A DNA stretch of 64,000 bases from Schizochytrium sp. TIO01 (taxonomy: Eukaryota; Protista; Bigyra: Labyrinthulomycetes), in the NCBI GenBank assembly GCA_004764695.1, contig SMSO01000031.1, forward strand, positions 7,360,761 to 7,424,760. Reading direction: 5' to 3'. The notes below the pieces were generated by a model. That model did no database searches. It saw only the letters and a program-made list of their open reading frames with translations, and had not been told where the DNA came from. Within the stretch, counting starts at the first letter, position 1, and each line of letters begins with the position of its first letter. Made by a program: the position numbers and the translations under genes. Positions 32,323 through 43,170 of the stretch are shown piece after piece.

Positions 32323-33263
32323 TTATGATGAAGGCTGTGCTGGGAAAACCGGGGACTCATACGAAGGACTCGAAGGAGTGGGAGTCGTCGGCGTGGGCAT
32401 TTTGGTGCATGGTACAGATTGAGATGAGGATGAGGATGAAAGAGACCATCGCGCGGGAGTCGAGAACGTTGAGTAACTCTCTAGACTGGGCGAAGAGAAT
32501 GTAGCTGAGGAAGGCCTTCTGCGTTGATGATCGATAAAGTCTTTATATCGACGATAGTCCCAGTAATCTTTCCAGAACTCAATTTGATTGTCGCGGATCT
32601 GCGATGGGATAGCAGTGATTGTGTGGATTGTGATGAGATGAGTGTGATGGGGAGAGCATTAGTATTCAATTAACGACCTAAACCACGATATGCGGACTTA
32701 TGGTGCGCACATACAAGAGGTTCTCCCAGCAACACAAGCGGGCACTCTCAATATAACTAATAAATGTATGTTTCCCAAAGAGCCTAACTTACTTTTAGGT
32801 AACCGCAGATAGGAATGTGAAGCCACTTATCATGTATCTTGAAAGAGTCAAGACGCTCAACAAAGACAAGATCTCCTTTTTGTGCCATGTGACGAATTAC
32901 TAGATCCGCCTGAGAACACTGCATGGATACAGACGAAGCGAACGCCTTACGGAATTGTGTCTTGCCATGGATTGCCCAATTAGAGGGGTGTGGTTCGTTT
33001 ATATACACAATATCCTCTGCAACAAAGGTACAAACTTGATCCAGGTCTCGGGCAGATTGAGCGGCAAAAAATTGCTTTACTAAACGCAACTCTAAGCTTG
33101 TTGCATCCTGCGTTGTGAAAGCTGGGTCTTTATTGCTTGCTGACAACTCTGCAGAGGCACTATCGTTTTCACAGGAACTCAATGCAATGTTATAGCCCGC
33201 TATTCCAATGATTGCGCCTAATCCCACGAGAGCAAGGCGCTCCATTGTAGTCTTTACATCCAT
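32323..33263 (-). CDS. Limonene-1,2-epoxide hydrolase-like (SnoaL/NTF2 fold) protein with N-terminal membrane anchor (2 exons: 33263-32793, 32598-32323; 248 aa)
   Basis: VYINEP, FVERLD and, after splicing (GYLK|IRDNQIEF), WKDYWD match LEH motifs YQNMP, TERVD and WRDYFD. Ser/Pro-rich tail. Confidence 0.85.
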
Positions 33264-34682
33264 ACGAGAGTGATATTGCGATGATCAATCCGCGGCGCCT
33301 CTTAACTTAACGCAGCCAACCAGAGTGCTTGCAGCGAAAGCAAGTTATCACTCATCTTGATTACTGGTTTACTTGTCATCAAGCGCACAATTTTCAATAT
33401 CATCTAGTCGGTATTCTAATGTAATCAGCTTGTGCAACCTAAAGGCGGTACATGTCCAGAATATATGGGGGCTATGGTTGGTACAGTCGGACAAATTCAA
33501 GAGAAATCTGTTCGAACGAGAGCTAGTATGTCACCCAAATCGCGCTAGGTGATAGACCATTTTGTGTTCCGCAACATCATATACGGTGTCTCCATGTTCT
33601 TTTGATTCATCACTTTTGAGAAGCTCTACTAGGGCGAACCCTGTTCATTCTTACTCGAAACCTGACTTCCCTGTGTTCCCCGCGCTTTCTCCATATCAAA
33701 CGTATTTGGTATCGTGGTGCTATAGTTTTGCATAGGTATATCAATCTGTAGTGTTTGTACAAGTATAAAGTGGAATGGGCTTCTCTTAGTACCTATCTAA
33801 CCACTCATGCATGAATGTGTAGATGCCTATTACTACGCGCTTGAGTCAGGAGACTAACTTTCTATCAGGGCTCGTTTGGAGATGGCTTTGTTTGTGTGGT
33901 TTCGAGAGCTCATGCACCATGGCGTCCGCATAGCGCATACCCACGGACGTGCAGATTGTGGAGGAGATTTGGTAAATCTTAGTGAACACCAAGGCGTGCT
34001 GATCGTTCACCATGAGAACGTCGTTACATTTGAGGCACGTGTCGAACGGCCAGAGATTAGGAACGACTGAATGTGCCTAGTAGTGCAAAGAAACCAATTC
34101 CAACAAGGCGAAGAGGAAGGAGAAGACCTCAACCGAAAGTTGAGGCAGTACCTAGGTAGGTATGGAGATATAGCTGCCTACTGGTAACACACTGGAAGCT
34201 CTCCAGTAACAGTTAATTAGGCGCGGTAGTACATTGCAATGAGAAACCACCGCGAGATCCGTTGGGCTGTAGGACTCCTATGATTGGCATCTAGAACGTA
34301 ACGGTTACCTATAGACACAGACGTAAGTAAGGTTTCAAAGCAAGCACCCACATGACATTCCGTGGCGCCAAGTTAGTGATGCAGATCAAAATAGCGCAGG
34401 CAAACTCGAAAGACCCGAGATATTGTGTAAGTGATTGGGATGTGGACGAAGGAGGACGAATGGTGAACAATGTTGCGCGTCGTAGGGAAGAACCAGGAAA
34501 TCTGACGAATGTTTTGCTGCATATGTTTCTTATTGGGGTTTTGCACGATGGGCGTGGGGCTGCATTCAACGGTGGCTGTTTTGATACTACAGATTCTCGC
34601 AAACACATTTATTGAGCTTGAAATTTGTATTTAGATCTCGTCAGGGGTTTCTGCAAGCCATACAAATAAACCACTAGCAACC

Positions 34683-35243
34683 ATGGGTCTTCTCAACCTC
34701 CTCCGCAAGCTTAAGAAGTCTGACGATGAGGCTCGTCTCCTTGTTCTTGGTCTTGACAACGCTGGTAAGACTACAATTCTCAAGAAGCTCTCTGCTGAGG
34801 ACATTGACAACATCATGCCGACCCAGGGTTTCAACATTAAGTCTATTCAGAGCGCTGGCTTCAAGCTCAACGTCTGGGATATTGGTGGCCAGAAGACTAT
34901 CCGCCCCTACTGGCGTAACTACTATGACAACACTGACGCCCTTGTCTATGTGATTGACTCTGCTGATCGCAGTCGCATTGATGAGGCCCAGGAAGAGCTT
35001 GCTTCTCTTCTTAAGGAGGATAAGCTCGCTGGCACCCCTGTCCTTGTTTTTGCTAACAAGCAGGATCTTCTTAGCGCTATTTCTGCCGCCGAGGTGGCTG
35101 AGGTGCTTCAGATCAACGATGACCGTGCCTTTCAGATTCAGGCTTGTTCTGCCAAGACTGGCGAGGGTCTTTCCGAAGGTCTTGAGTGGCTCGTCGAGCA
35201 GCTCAACGACAAAGAGGACGGCGCTGCTCACGAGGGCAAGTAA
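34683..35243 (+). CDS. ARL3: ADP-ribosylation factor-like protein 3
   Basis: [60 protein letters not shown]. Confidence 0.97.
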   Translation: MGLLNLLRKLKKSDDEARLLVLGLDNAGKTTILKKLSAEDIDNIMPTQGFNIKSIQSAGFKLNVWDIGGQKTIRPYWRNYYDNTDALVYVIDSADRSRIDEAQEELASLLKEDKLAGTPVLVFANKQDLLSAISAAEVAEVLQINDDRAFQIQACSAKTGEGLSEGLEWLVEQLNDKEDGAAHEGK

Positions 35244-36976
35244 AACCATATTTTACATCATTGCCATGGACAACATGGCGAAATTATGATTCACCTAGTT
35301 CACCCAGATTAACATGACTCATGTTAGAATGTCTGTGATGGTATAGGTGCTTGTCTCCACCCTCTCGTCAAACGTCGAAGCTCTACTGAAGAAGATTCGG
35401 AGAGAGTTTCTACCATGTCTAGAAGAGATTTATGCACACATTGTAGCGAAAGTAGCAGTTTTTACAAGCGTTTATGTTACCAAGCTCAAACTTTCACCTT
35501 AACTCACCACCGATTTAACCACAATTCGTATAAAAGGCAACGGAATTTTCTTTTAATATTTTCCACGATTTCTTTCATTTGTAGTAAGTTAGCGTTCTTC
35601 GAGGTGCTCTAAATGGAATTTGACCTCTCTAACAGTTGAGTGATTCCTGAATCTCAAACTCGCTTGTTTGACTGCTTACTTGTGTAGTTGTATGTTTGCA
35701 CTTGTACACTTTTAGCGCTAACATCCTTGTGCTTGGAATGCAAATGTACTAAGGAGCTGAACGTAGCACTTTGCTTGTCCATTTTATCTTTTAAAATTAT
35801 CACAAAGTACACGGAGTCTGATTCAACACGTGAACATATTTAAATACGTCAGTAAATAGTTTTTGGTCAAAAGGAAAAAGTGTTGGCTACCTCTCCAAAA
35901 AGAGCCTTTTCAGTTTTTTAATTCTAGTTTTTTGTGTGTATTTTTTAGAAACCTCACCAATTTTAGCCGCACAAATTATTCTAAAGCTGATTGTGCAGAA
36001 CTCGATGAGTGATAATCGTGATGTTTTCAATACAAGAATATTTCGAAGTTAAAATCATCACTAACAGCATGGGACGATGCTTTCACAGCTCAAATCATGT
36101 ATTTGTTGTGCTTTCCAAAGAATAGGACGTCCCTTCTCCAAGCTCACGGCAATCAATCCCTGGCGTCGTCTCAGCGAGCTTCGCAGCGTGGTTATTCAAA
36201 GGAAAGGAAAGAAAAGAAATTTCTTCAAAAACTAAGAGCGTCATATAAACATAGAAGTGTCCATATTCTTTTGTGATACCTCAGTTTCTGTTTTCCTCAA
36301 ATTTTTGTTTTTCCGAAAATTCCTCGCCTCTTGACAGCCATGCTGAGTCCCTTCAGGGAAGGATCTACAAAAGACATAAATTACTTTCTGTATGCTTGAT
36401 TATTGGCAGTCACTCTTATATCATCCAAAACGATCAATACAAACTTGCTTGCACTCAAGCAACTATTGAAATGTTCGGCACAGCCAAAAGCTGAGGTTAT
36501 TTTTCCTAGTTATGAAACCAGATTTTCATTTTGCAGGCAAACAAACGCTGGTGATCAAGAACTCCCAATGTATTATTCACGAGAGGCTTTGCTAGTTAGG
36601 ACTTTAATAAGCTGTGTTTTTGTCAAGAATCTGTTGGTGCGAAAGGAACACAAGTGGTCACTTGCGAATGTGCGAAAACACGAAAAAAAGAAGAGATGTT
36701 TTTTGAAAGACAATGAGAGAGCACTTTGTCGTCCTAATTGGTCTTACAAGGAGAAAATTTTCGTCCAAGCTTGTGGTTTTCTGTACAAGCTACGATTAAT
36801 GTACAAGGGAGGATAGAATGGGAAAAGGCACAAGATAGGAAGCGGAGCGGGGCAGTGATCAGTCTAATAAATTTCTACATTGTGTTCACACATCAGACTC
36901 AACTAATTAATACTATCCAAAGTCAATCAAAAAATGAAAAACCACACAGGTCCACATCGAGAATCAGAGTCACGAT

Positions 36977-38356
36977 TTAGAGGTAGATCTTGGTGGCAAT
37001 GTCGAAGCCGTTAAACTTGGCAGCGGCAGCGACAGTGTAGGCGCCCATGTCGGGGAAGTACATCCAGTCTCCGACCTCGAGTCTGGGCAGGTAGACCTCC
37101 TTGAGAACGCAGTCGAGGCCGTCGCAGGTGGGTCCCCACACGCTGACCTCTACGAGCTCCTCTCCGTCGATGTCACCAACAAACGCGGTGCGGGCGCTAC
37201 CGGCATCCTCAGATGCGGTAAAGTCAGAGTCAGCAGCCCCGACAGCAAGAGGATCCTCAGGCTCGCGAGTAGAGTCATCAGACTCACAGCTCACACCACG
37301 GTCAAGAGCGCGACGGTTTCTGACGCGAAGAGGGAATCCCTGAACGGTCGCATGATCGTAGATGATGTTGTTGAAGCTACCGTAGACACCCTCGTTGATG
37401 TAGTATCTGTAGACCTCAGCGTTGCGCACAACGGTGCGGCGTCTCGCGAGCACATTGGCAACGAGCGTGCACGAAGAGTGGACCATGTAGCGTCCAGGCT
37501 CCGCAATGATGCGGACACCACACTCAGGCGGGAAGAGCTGGTCGAGCGTGGGGGCAAGCTGGTTGGCGAGAGCAGGGAAAAGTCTGGCATCACCCTTGGC
37601 CTCAAGGATGTCATCAGATCCAGAAGCCTCGGCGGCGGCGCGAGCCTCAGCGGCCACCTTCCAGTGGCGCACAGACTCACCGGGGAAGCCTCCACCAATA
37701 TCGAGGATGGAGAGAGTAATTCCGAGCTCCTCGGCAATGTCGAAGGCACGACGAGCGAGGTGGACGGCCTCGGAGAAGGCAGCGATGTCCTGGCATCCGC
37801 TGCCAACGTGGTAGCTGACACCAACGAGGTTGATCTGAAGATCAATGCAAGTCTGCATCAGGGAGTGCACGGACTTGATGTCAGCGCCAAACTTGACACC
37901 AAGCTGGCAAATGGCACTGGAATCGTCAGGGAGAAGACGAAGAAGGACCTTGGCCTCAGGGAAGTCGCGCTTGATCTTGTAGAGCTCGTCCTGGTTGTCG
38001 AAGGTCATCATCTCGGCACCAACCTTGGCGGCGTGGAGAAGGTGAGACTTGGACTTGCAGGGGTGGGCGAAGATAATGTCCTCAGGGCTAGCGCCGGCTG
38101 CGAGAACCATGTCGATTTCGCCCTTGGAGGCGCAGTCAAAGCCAACGCCAAGCGACACGAGGCGACGCAGAATCTCAGGGTCGTCGTGGCATTTTACGGC
38201 GTAGAAGGGCTCAACGCGGGGAAGCAGGGCACGCCAAGCGTGCACCTTGCTGTCAACATCGTCGAGGTCGACGATCATGAAAGGGGCGTCATCTTCACTA
38301 GACTCGACGCGCTCCTTGATGCTGGCCCAAACATGCGCAGAGAGGTCACCTTCCAT
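36977..38356 (-). CDS. ODC1: Ornithine decarboxylase (group IV PLP enzyme)
   Basis: PFYAVKC (PLP Lys), GFDCASKGEI, YHVGSG, DIGGGFPG, AEPGRY, WGPTCDGLD (catalytic Cys), MGAYT. First ATG is 38356. Confidence 0.96.
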   Translation of the reverse strand: MEGDLSAHVWASIKERVESSEDDAPFMIVDLDDVDSKVHAWRALLPRVEPFYAVKCHDDPEILRRLVSLGVGFDCASKGEIDMVLAAGASPEDIIFAHPCKSKSHLLHAAKVGAEMMTFDNQDELYKIKRDFPEAKVLLRLLPDDSSAICQLGVKFGADIKSVHSLMQTCIDLQINLVGVSYHVGSGCQDIAAFSEAVHLARRAFDIAEELGITLSILDIGGGFPGESVRHWKVAAEARAAAEASGSDDILEAKGDARLFPALANQLAPTLDQLFPPECGVRIIAEPGRYMVHSSCTLVANVLARRRTVVRNAEVYRYYINEGVYGSFNNIIYDHATVQGFPLRVRNRRALDRGVSCESDDSTREPEDPLAVGAADSDFTASEDAGSARTAFVGDIDGEELVEVSVWGPTCDGLDCVLKEVYLPRLEVGDWMYFPDMGAYTVAAAAKFNGFDIATKIYL

Positions 38357-38571
38357 CACGATCGGCGCTTGGCCGACTTTACTGCTACTGCTGCTGCTGC
38401 TGCTGCTGCTTTTAGCTCGAGTCGAAGGCGATGCCTTGGCTGAGTGCTTGTCGAGGATGCGGTGGAGTTGCGGGTTTGCTTGCTCAGGACTTTCGAAGTT
38501 GCTGCCTTGGTTTTGGCCTCTCGTTCGCCGCCAGGGGTACTGTGAGGGAAACCACCAGAGCCGACAGTAAT
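38356..38571 (-). promoter_or_regulatory. Putative AUU-initiated uORF (71 codons) whose TGA overlaps the ODC ATG
   Basis: ATT at 38571 (A at -3) is two codons after an in-frame TAA. The frame stays open to TGA 38358-38356 (TGATG). GC-rich, codon-biased sequence starts at the ATT. Confidence 0.45.
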
Positions 38572-38612
38572 AGTTTCTTATTCTAAGGCAGCTAAGAGGC
38601 CTCTTTAAATTA

Positions 38613-38622
38613 TTTTTATATA
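38613..38622 (-). promoter_or_regulatory. TATA-like element upstream of the ODC leader
   Basis: TATATAAAAA about 40 nt upstream of the ATT. The region is AT-rich, so this is weak evidence. Confidence 0.3.
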
Positions 38623-40162
38623 AAAACCAAAAGCTAAAAACTAAAAAAAAAACACTAGTTTTATAACTCTTTATTTCTTTCTTTCTTTCTTTCCTTTCTT
38701 CTTATTGCTTGCTATTCTTTAGTCTTGAATACAAAAAGTGCTCTGGCTAACTTGCCAATGAAAACAGTTCGTTCTTGGAGAATGGCTCTCACTCTGTCAG
38801 AGTAGAGTCACTCACTCCCCCGCTCATTCGTCCGCTTCGCTCATTGGGTTCACCTATCGATTCACTCATGTTGCTGCATCATGAACAGCGCAACAGTGCA
38901 AAGCAATCTCATCATAAAATAAAATACACCATTCATACTCCTTCTGAATGAATGAATGAATAACCTACTTTTGTATATTATTTTTCTATAACAGAGAAGA
39001 ACTCATTTCATTTCCACTCAGGACTCGACTCGACCCGGTTCCTACTACGCTGTTAGGGATTACTATTGGTAAAGCGAGGCGAGAAAGGACTGGAAGTGGC
39101 GCGACCATGACCTACTAGGACTCGAAAGTAGTTCTATTCTCTACGCTTTTTTCTTTTTCACGTCGATCGCTTTCCTTACAGGGTCAATCAAACGAAGAGA
39201 AAGTAAGTAACCCTCTTTTCTTTCATTCATTCCTAGAGTTAGGTACGTACTTTCCTTTTACATATTGCTCCAAGACAGCTTATAATAATAACAAAAAAAT
39301 AAAAATACTATTTTTAATTAAAATTATTGTTTCATTGTTACTATTTTAAAGGAAAGGGGGAGGAGGCATCCCCATTCACCTCCCTTTCAAGCGTGCCAAT
39401 CATTGTCCTTGTATCTTCAAGAAGAGGAGAAAAGAAAAGAAAAGAAACGAAATGAGAACTAAAAAAGTTAGTTTTTCCTCGTCTTTCAGTCGGAATTGTT
39501 TGGCCATCAAAAGTCCTCCAAGTCCGAATTTGCATGACTAAATTACTGCAAGACAGGCACTCTACCTCCGTTCTTCCTCATTTGTACTTTCGTTCACGGC
39601 GCCATTGGTTGACAGTTGAATTTGCTACAGCTAGTCATTGAATAACCATTTCGGCAGTAGTGATTATTGGCTCCAAGGAGATCAATCGATCAATCGATGC
39701 CTCAATCGAGGGGGTCCCTTTCCTGCAGCTGTTCTGTTCCTCTTTAAACTAAAAACAACTAAAAACCAAAATACAAAACAGCATGATATAGTAAAAACCA
39801 CAGGACTCGCGCATTCTCAGCACTCTTTGTCTGATTTGTAAGACAGACAGACAGACAGACACATCAACAAAGAAACAAATAAACAAAAACATGGAATGAG
39901 CGAGAGCAGAGCGATCAGATGTAATTCTGCGAAAACCGCGATGAGGAGGTCCGGCTCACGATGCTCCGCGCGTATCCAGCGCATAGATAGCACTTATTTA
40001 TAGCTTACACACACCGTCAGCACTTGCTGGCCGGGCCCAAGCAGCCTGCAGGTACGAGGTCCGAATTGGACTCGAAGCCAGACACGACTGGCATTTCAAG
40101 GCAGGCCTTGTCAGTGTTTCAACGAGAACCTCGGGATTGCTTGGAAAGCTTTCTGTTGCTGT

Positions 40163-40252
40163 CGTTGTTGTTGATGGTGATGATGATGAAGAAGAAGATG
40201 ATGAAGATGATGATGAAGAAGAAGATGATGATGATGTTGTTGTTGTTGTAGT
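40163..40252. repeat. Compound trinucleotide repeat (GTT/GAT/GAA)n
   Basis: Direct observation. Confidence 0.9.
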
Positions 40253-40461
40253 AATGAGCTTTTCAGTGCAGGGAAACAACCTTCTTCGACACAAGCAAAC
40301 AACTTGGAGAAAACGCTTTTCTGAAATGAGAACTCTGCCACAATATTTACAAGGCCTGTTCCTCTGCATTAGTACCTACTTGGTTCTTTTGGGCAACATT
40401 TTTAACTTGAAAAACTGTAGACGCATCTGAAGTTTTAAGGACGTTTACATAAACTATTTAT

Positions 40462-40475
40462 TTTCATTCATTCAT

Positions 40476-40514
<39 letters not shown>

Positions 40515-40515
40515 T
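40462..40515. repeat. (TTCA)n/(TTTA)n microsatellite
   Basis: Direct observation. Confidence 0.9.
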
Positions 40516-40892
40516 AAAGTTTAACTTAAAATTATGACAACTTGAAACTTGATATGATCACATACATACGCGGAGTAAGCGACGGAAAGGAAGCCTCAGA
40601 CATACATGCATAAATATACTTACATCTCCATACTAAAGTAGTAGGTACACAAAGCCGAGACTTAGAAGAAAAAAAGTCAGTCAAAAGAGCGCGACCGCCG
40701 TATGTATAAGCAGGAGTAGTCGCCGAGCCTCCCCCTTAGCGTTACTGCTAAGCGCCGTCGTAGGCATCCGTTCACGAGGCTTTTATAGCCGAATGGCAAA
40801 GACATCTCCGCAGGCTTTCTTTCCTTTTCTTTCTTTTCTTTCTTTCTTTCTATTTGGGATTCATCATAGACGAATGAACGAATGGATGAGTG

Positions 40893-40909
40893 AATCAATC
40901 AATGAATCG

Positions 40910-40950
<41 letters not shown>
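40893..40950. repeat. (AATC)n microsatellite
   Basis: Direct observation. Confidence 0.9.
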
Positions 40951-40952
<2 letters not shown>

Positions 40953-42023
40953 CATGGCATCGGTGCCTACGGATACCGGTTCTCTCTCGCGTCGACTCTT
41001 GGGCGGCCTGGTCCACGCGGTGCTGCTGGAGCTGAGCCAAGCAACCAGCTTTCTCGCGGAGGGACCCATCGCGAAGGGGGTCCACGAGCACAAGAACCAC
41101 AAGAAGAGCTTGAACGCGCGCGCACAGCTTCGACTCAGGGATCTCTCTCTCTCTCTCTCTCTCTTCTCCGCTACAGATGATCTTGCGATTCTTCTTTTTG
41201 CATGATGGAGTGATTGATTCCTCGCAGGCAGTAGCACCTAGATAGGACTTGTTAAGAGGAACTGCTGTTCTGCAAACAAAGTGTTCTGTTCACCTTCGAG
41301 GAGTCCTTAAGCGTAGGTATGACTGTGCTTTCTCTTCTTTTCTCCTGTTGTTTTAATAATAATAATAACAATAATAACAATAAAACATTACACGTTAAAG
41401 TTGTGATTCTGAGGAGATCTCAGTGCTGATGAGAGTGGGGATGTTCACAGCAGAGGGTTCGTGATCTCGGTCAGGCAACAGCAACGAGTTCGTCCAAGAA
41501 GAAAGCGCTCAGTCCACTCCCCGTTGGGACGTCAGTCGCCGCCGTGGATAATTGGACGCCGGCTTGCTGGCCGCCTTCTGCTTCTCCTCTCTGCGACTGA
41601 CTAGTTGCGCACTCACTAACTCCTCGCAAAGCCTTCTTCTGTACATTCATTACATTGAGTGAGTGATTTCCACGCACTAACCCCCATAAATGACAGGCAG
41701 ATAGAACAAAGCTTGCGCCAGCTGATGTAAAAGGCCTCACAGGGCGTCGAAGCAAGGGCTTTTGCTTGTGGCTTTTGGCGGAATGAATGTGGATTTGTCC
41801 ACTGCAGAATGAATAAAGATGTATTTCGGAATGAGTGAGTGAGTGAGTGCGTGAGAAGGTGGCGATCCTGGATGGGTTTGGGGAATCTCTCTTCTTCGAC
41901 GGGTGAATGCAATTCGAGCGTTGGAAATTGGCAAGTGCTGCAACAACAACGTCACTGCAGTTCGCAGATTATCGTTGTGCGCGAAAACTCAAACCAAATG
42001 ACGGGCGTGAAGGCGGGGGCACA

Positions 42024-42055
42024 GAAATAAATAAATAAATAAATAAATAAATAAA
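42024..42055. repeat. (AAAT)n microsatellite
   Basis: Direct observation. Confidence 0.9.
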
Positions 42056-42978
42056 TGCGTCCAAGAATGATGGATCTCTTGCTGCTTGCTTGCGTTTTGC
42101 ACCAAGTTAGCTCAAGACGGCCTTGATGAGGAGGAGGGGTTTTGTCTATTTGCGGAGATGACCTCAATGGTTTTCACGCTCTTGGTTACTCCTCCTTAGT
42201 TAGATCTTTCACCTGAACGATAGATAGGACCTCTCGAGATCAATGAAAATGTGCTACTGGTAACGCAATCGATCCTGCTGGCGCAAGCAAGCAAGCCTTA
42301 AGAGCGTGCATCGATACCTGCTGTTAAGGCAGGTAACCATGGACTTCTTCGTGGTGCTGGTCTGTTCCGGCAACGCGGACATTTATTTATCTCGTGACAG
42401 TTTGCCAACTTGGACGTACTACGAATCAAACTCTTCCTGGTCGCGCAAGATTTCATGAGGGTCAACCGCCGATGCTGTATTTTAGGACGTACTAATAGAA
42501 AATATCCGCCACTGAATATCTTATCTTTCTATTTTCTATTTTCTATTGTTCTATTTTTCTATTTTTCTATTTTTTCTCTAAAGATTTGAGCTTGTTTACT
42601 TTTGAAGCATTTCTATTTTAATATCATTATTTAAAATAATATTAAATTTACAATAATAATACTAAACAGGTAGAACGGGTCGAGATTAGCAGTCTTAGCA
42701 GAACCCGTATATGCACTGGTCCTCCATCTTCTTTACAGAACCACACATAATGCACTGTTTTTTCATCTGCGCACAAGCCATGATCTGCTATTGACTGGCT
42801 CAACTGTGAACGAACTTCGGAGGACGGAGCTCTTGCCTGCTGGATACCGACTACCTACCTACCAACCGGCACTGGCGACAGGTGTAAGTGAGCAAACCCA
42901 ATCAAGTGAGGGCTGCCTGCCTCAGTTTAGCCGAACGCCAATTGCATCAATTGCACCAATTGCATCAGCATTCATGCC

Positions 42979-43170
42979 TTCATTCAATCAATCAATCATT
43001 CATATATTCAAACATTCATTCATTCATATATTCACTCTTTCATTCATATATTCATTCAATCATTCATATATTCATTCAATCATTCATTCATATAATCAAT
43101 CATTCATTCATTCATTCATATAGTCAATCATTCATTCATTCAATCATTCATTCATTCATTCATTCGTTCG
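42979..43170. repeat. Long degenerate (ATTC/ATCA)n tract
   Basis: About 190 nt of tetranucleotide variants. Confidence 0.9.

Noticed and set aside
37352-38443. 363-aa plus-strand ORF opposite ODC (also 34674-35249 opposite ARL3 and 27500-28423 opposite UTP18)
   Set aside because: Antisense or off-frame shadows produced by strong codon bias or low complexity of the real genes.
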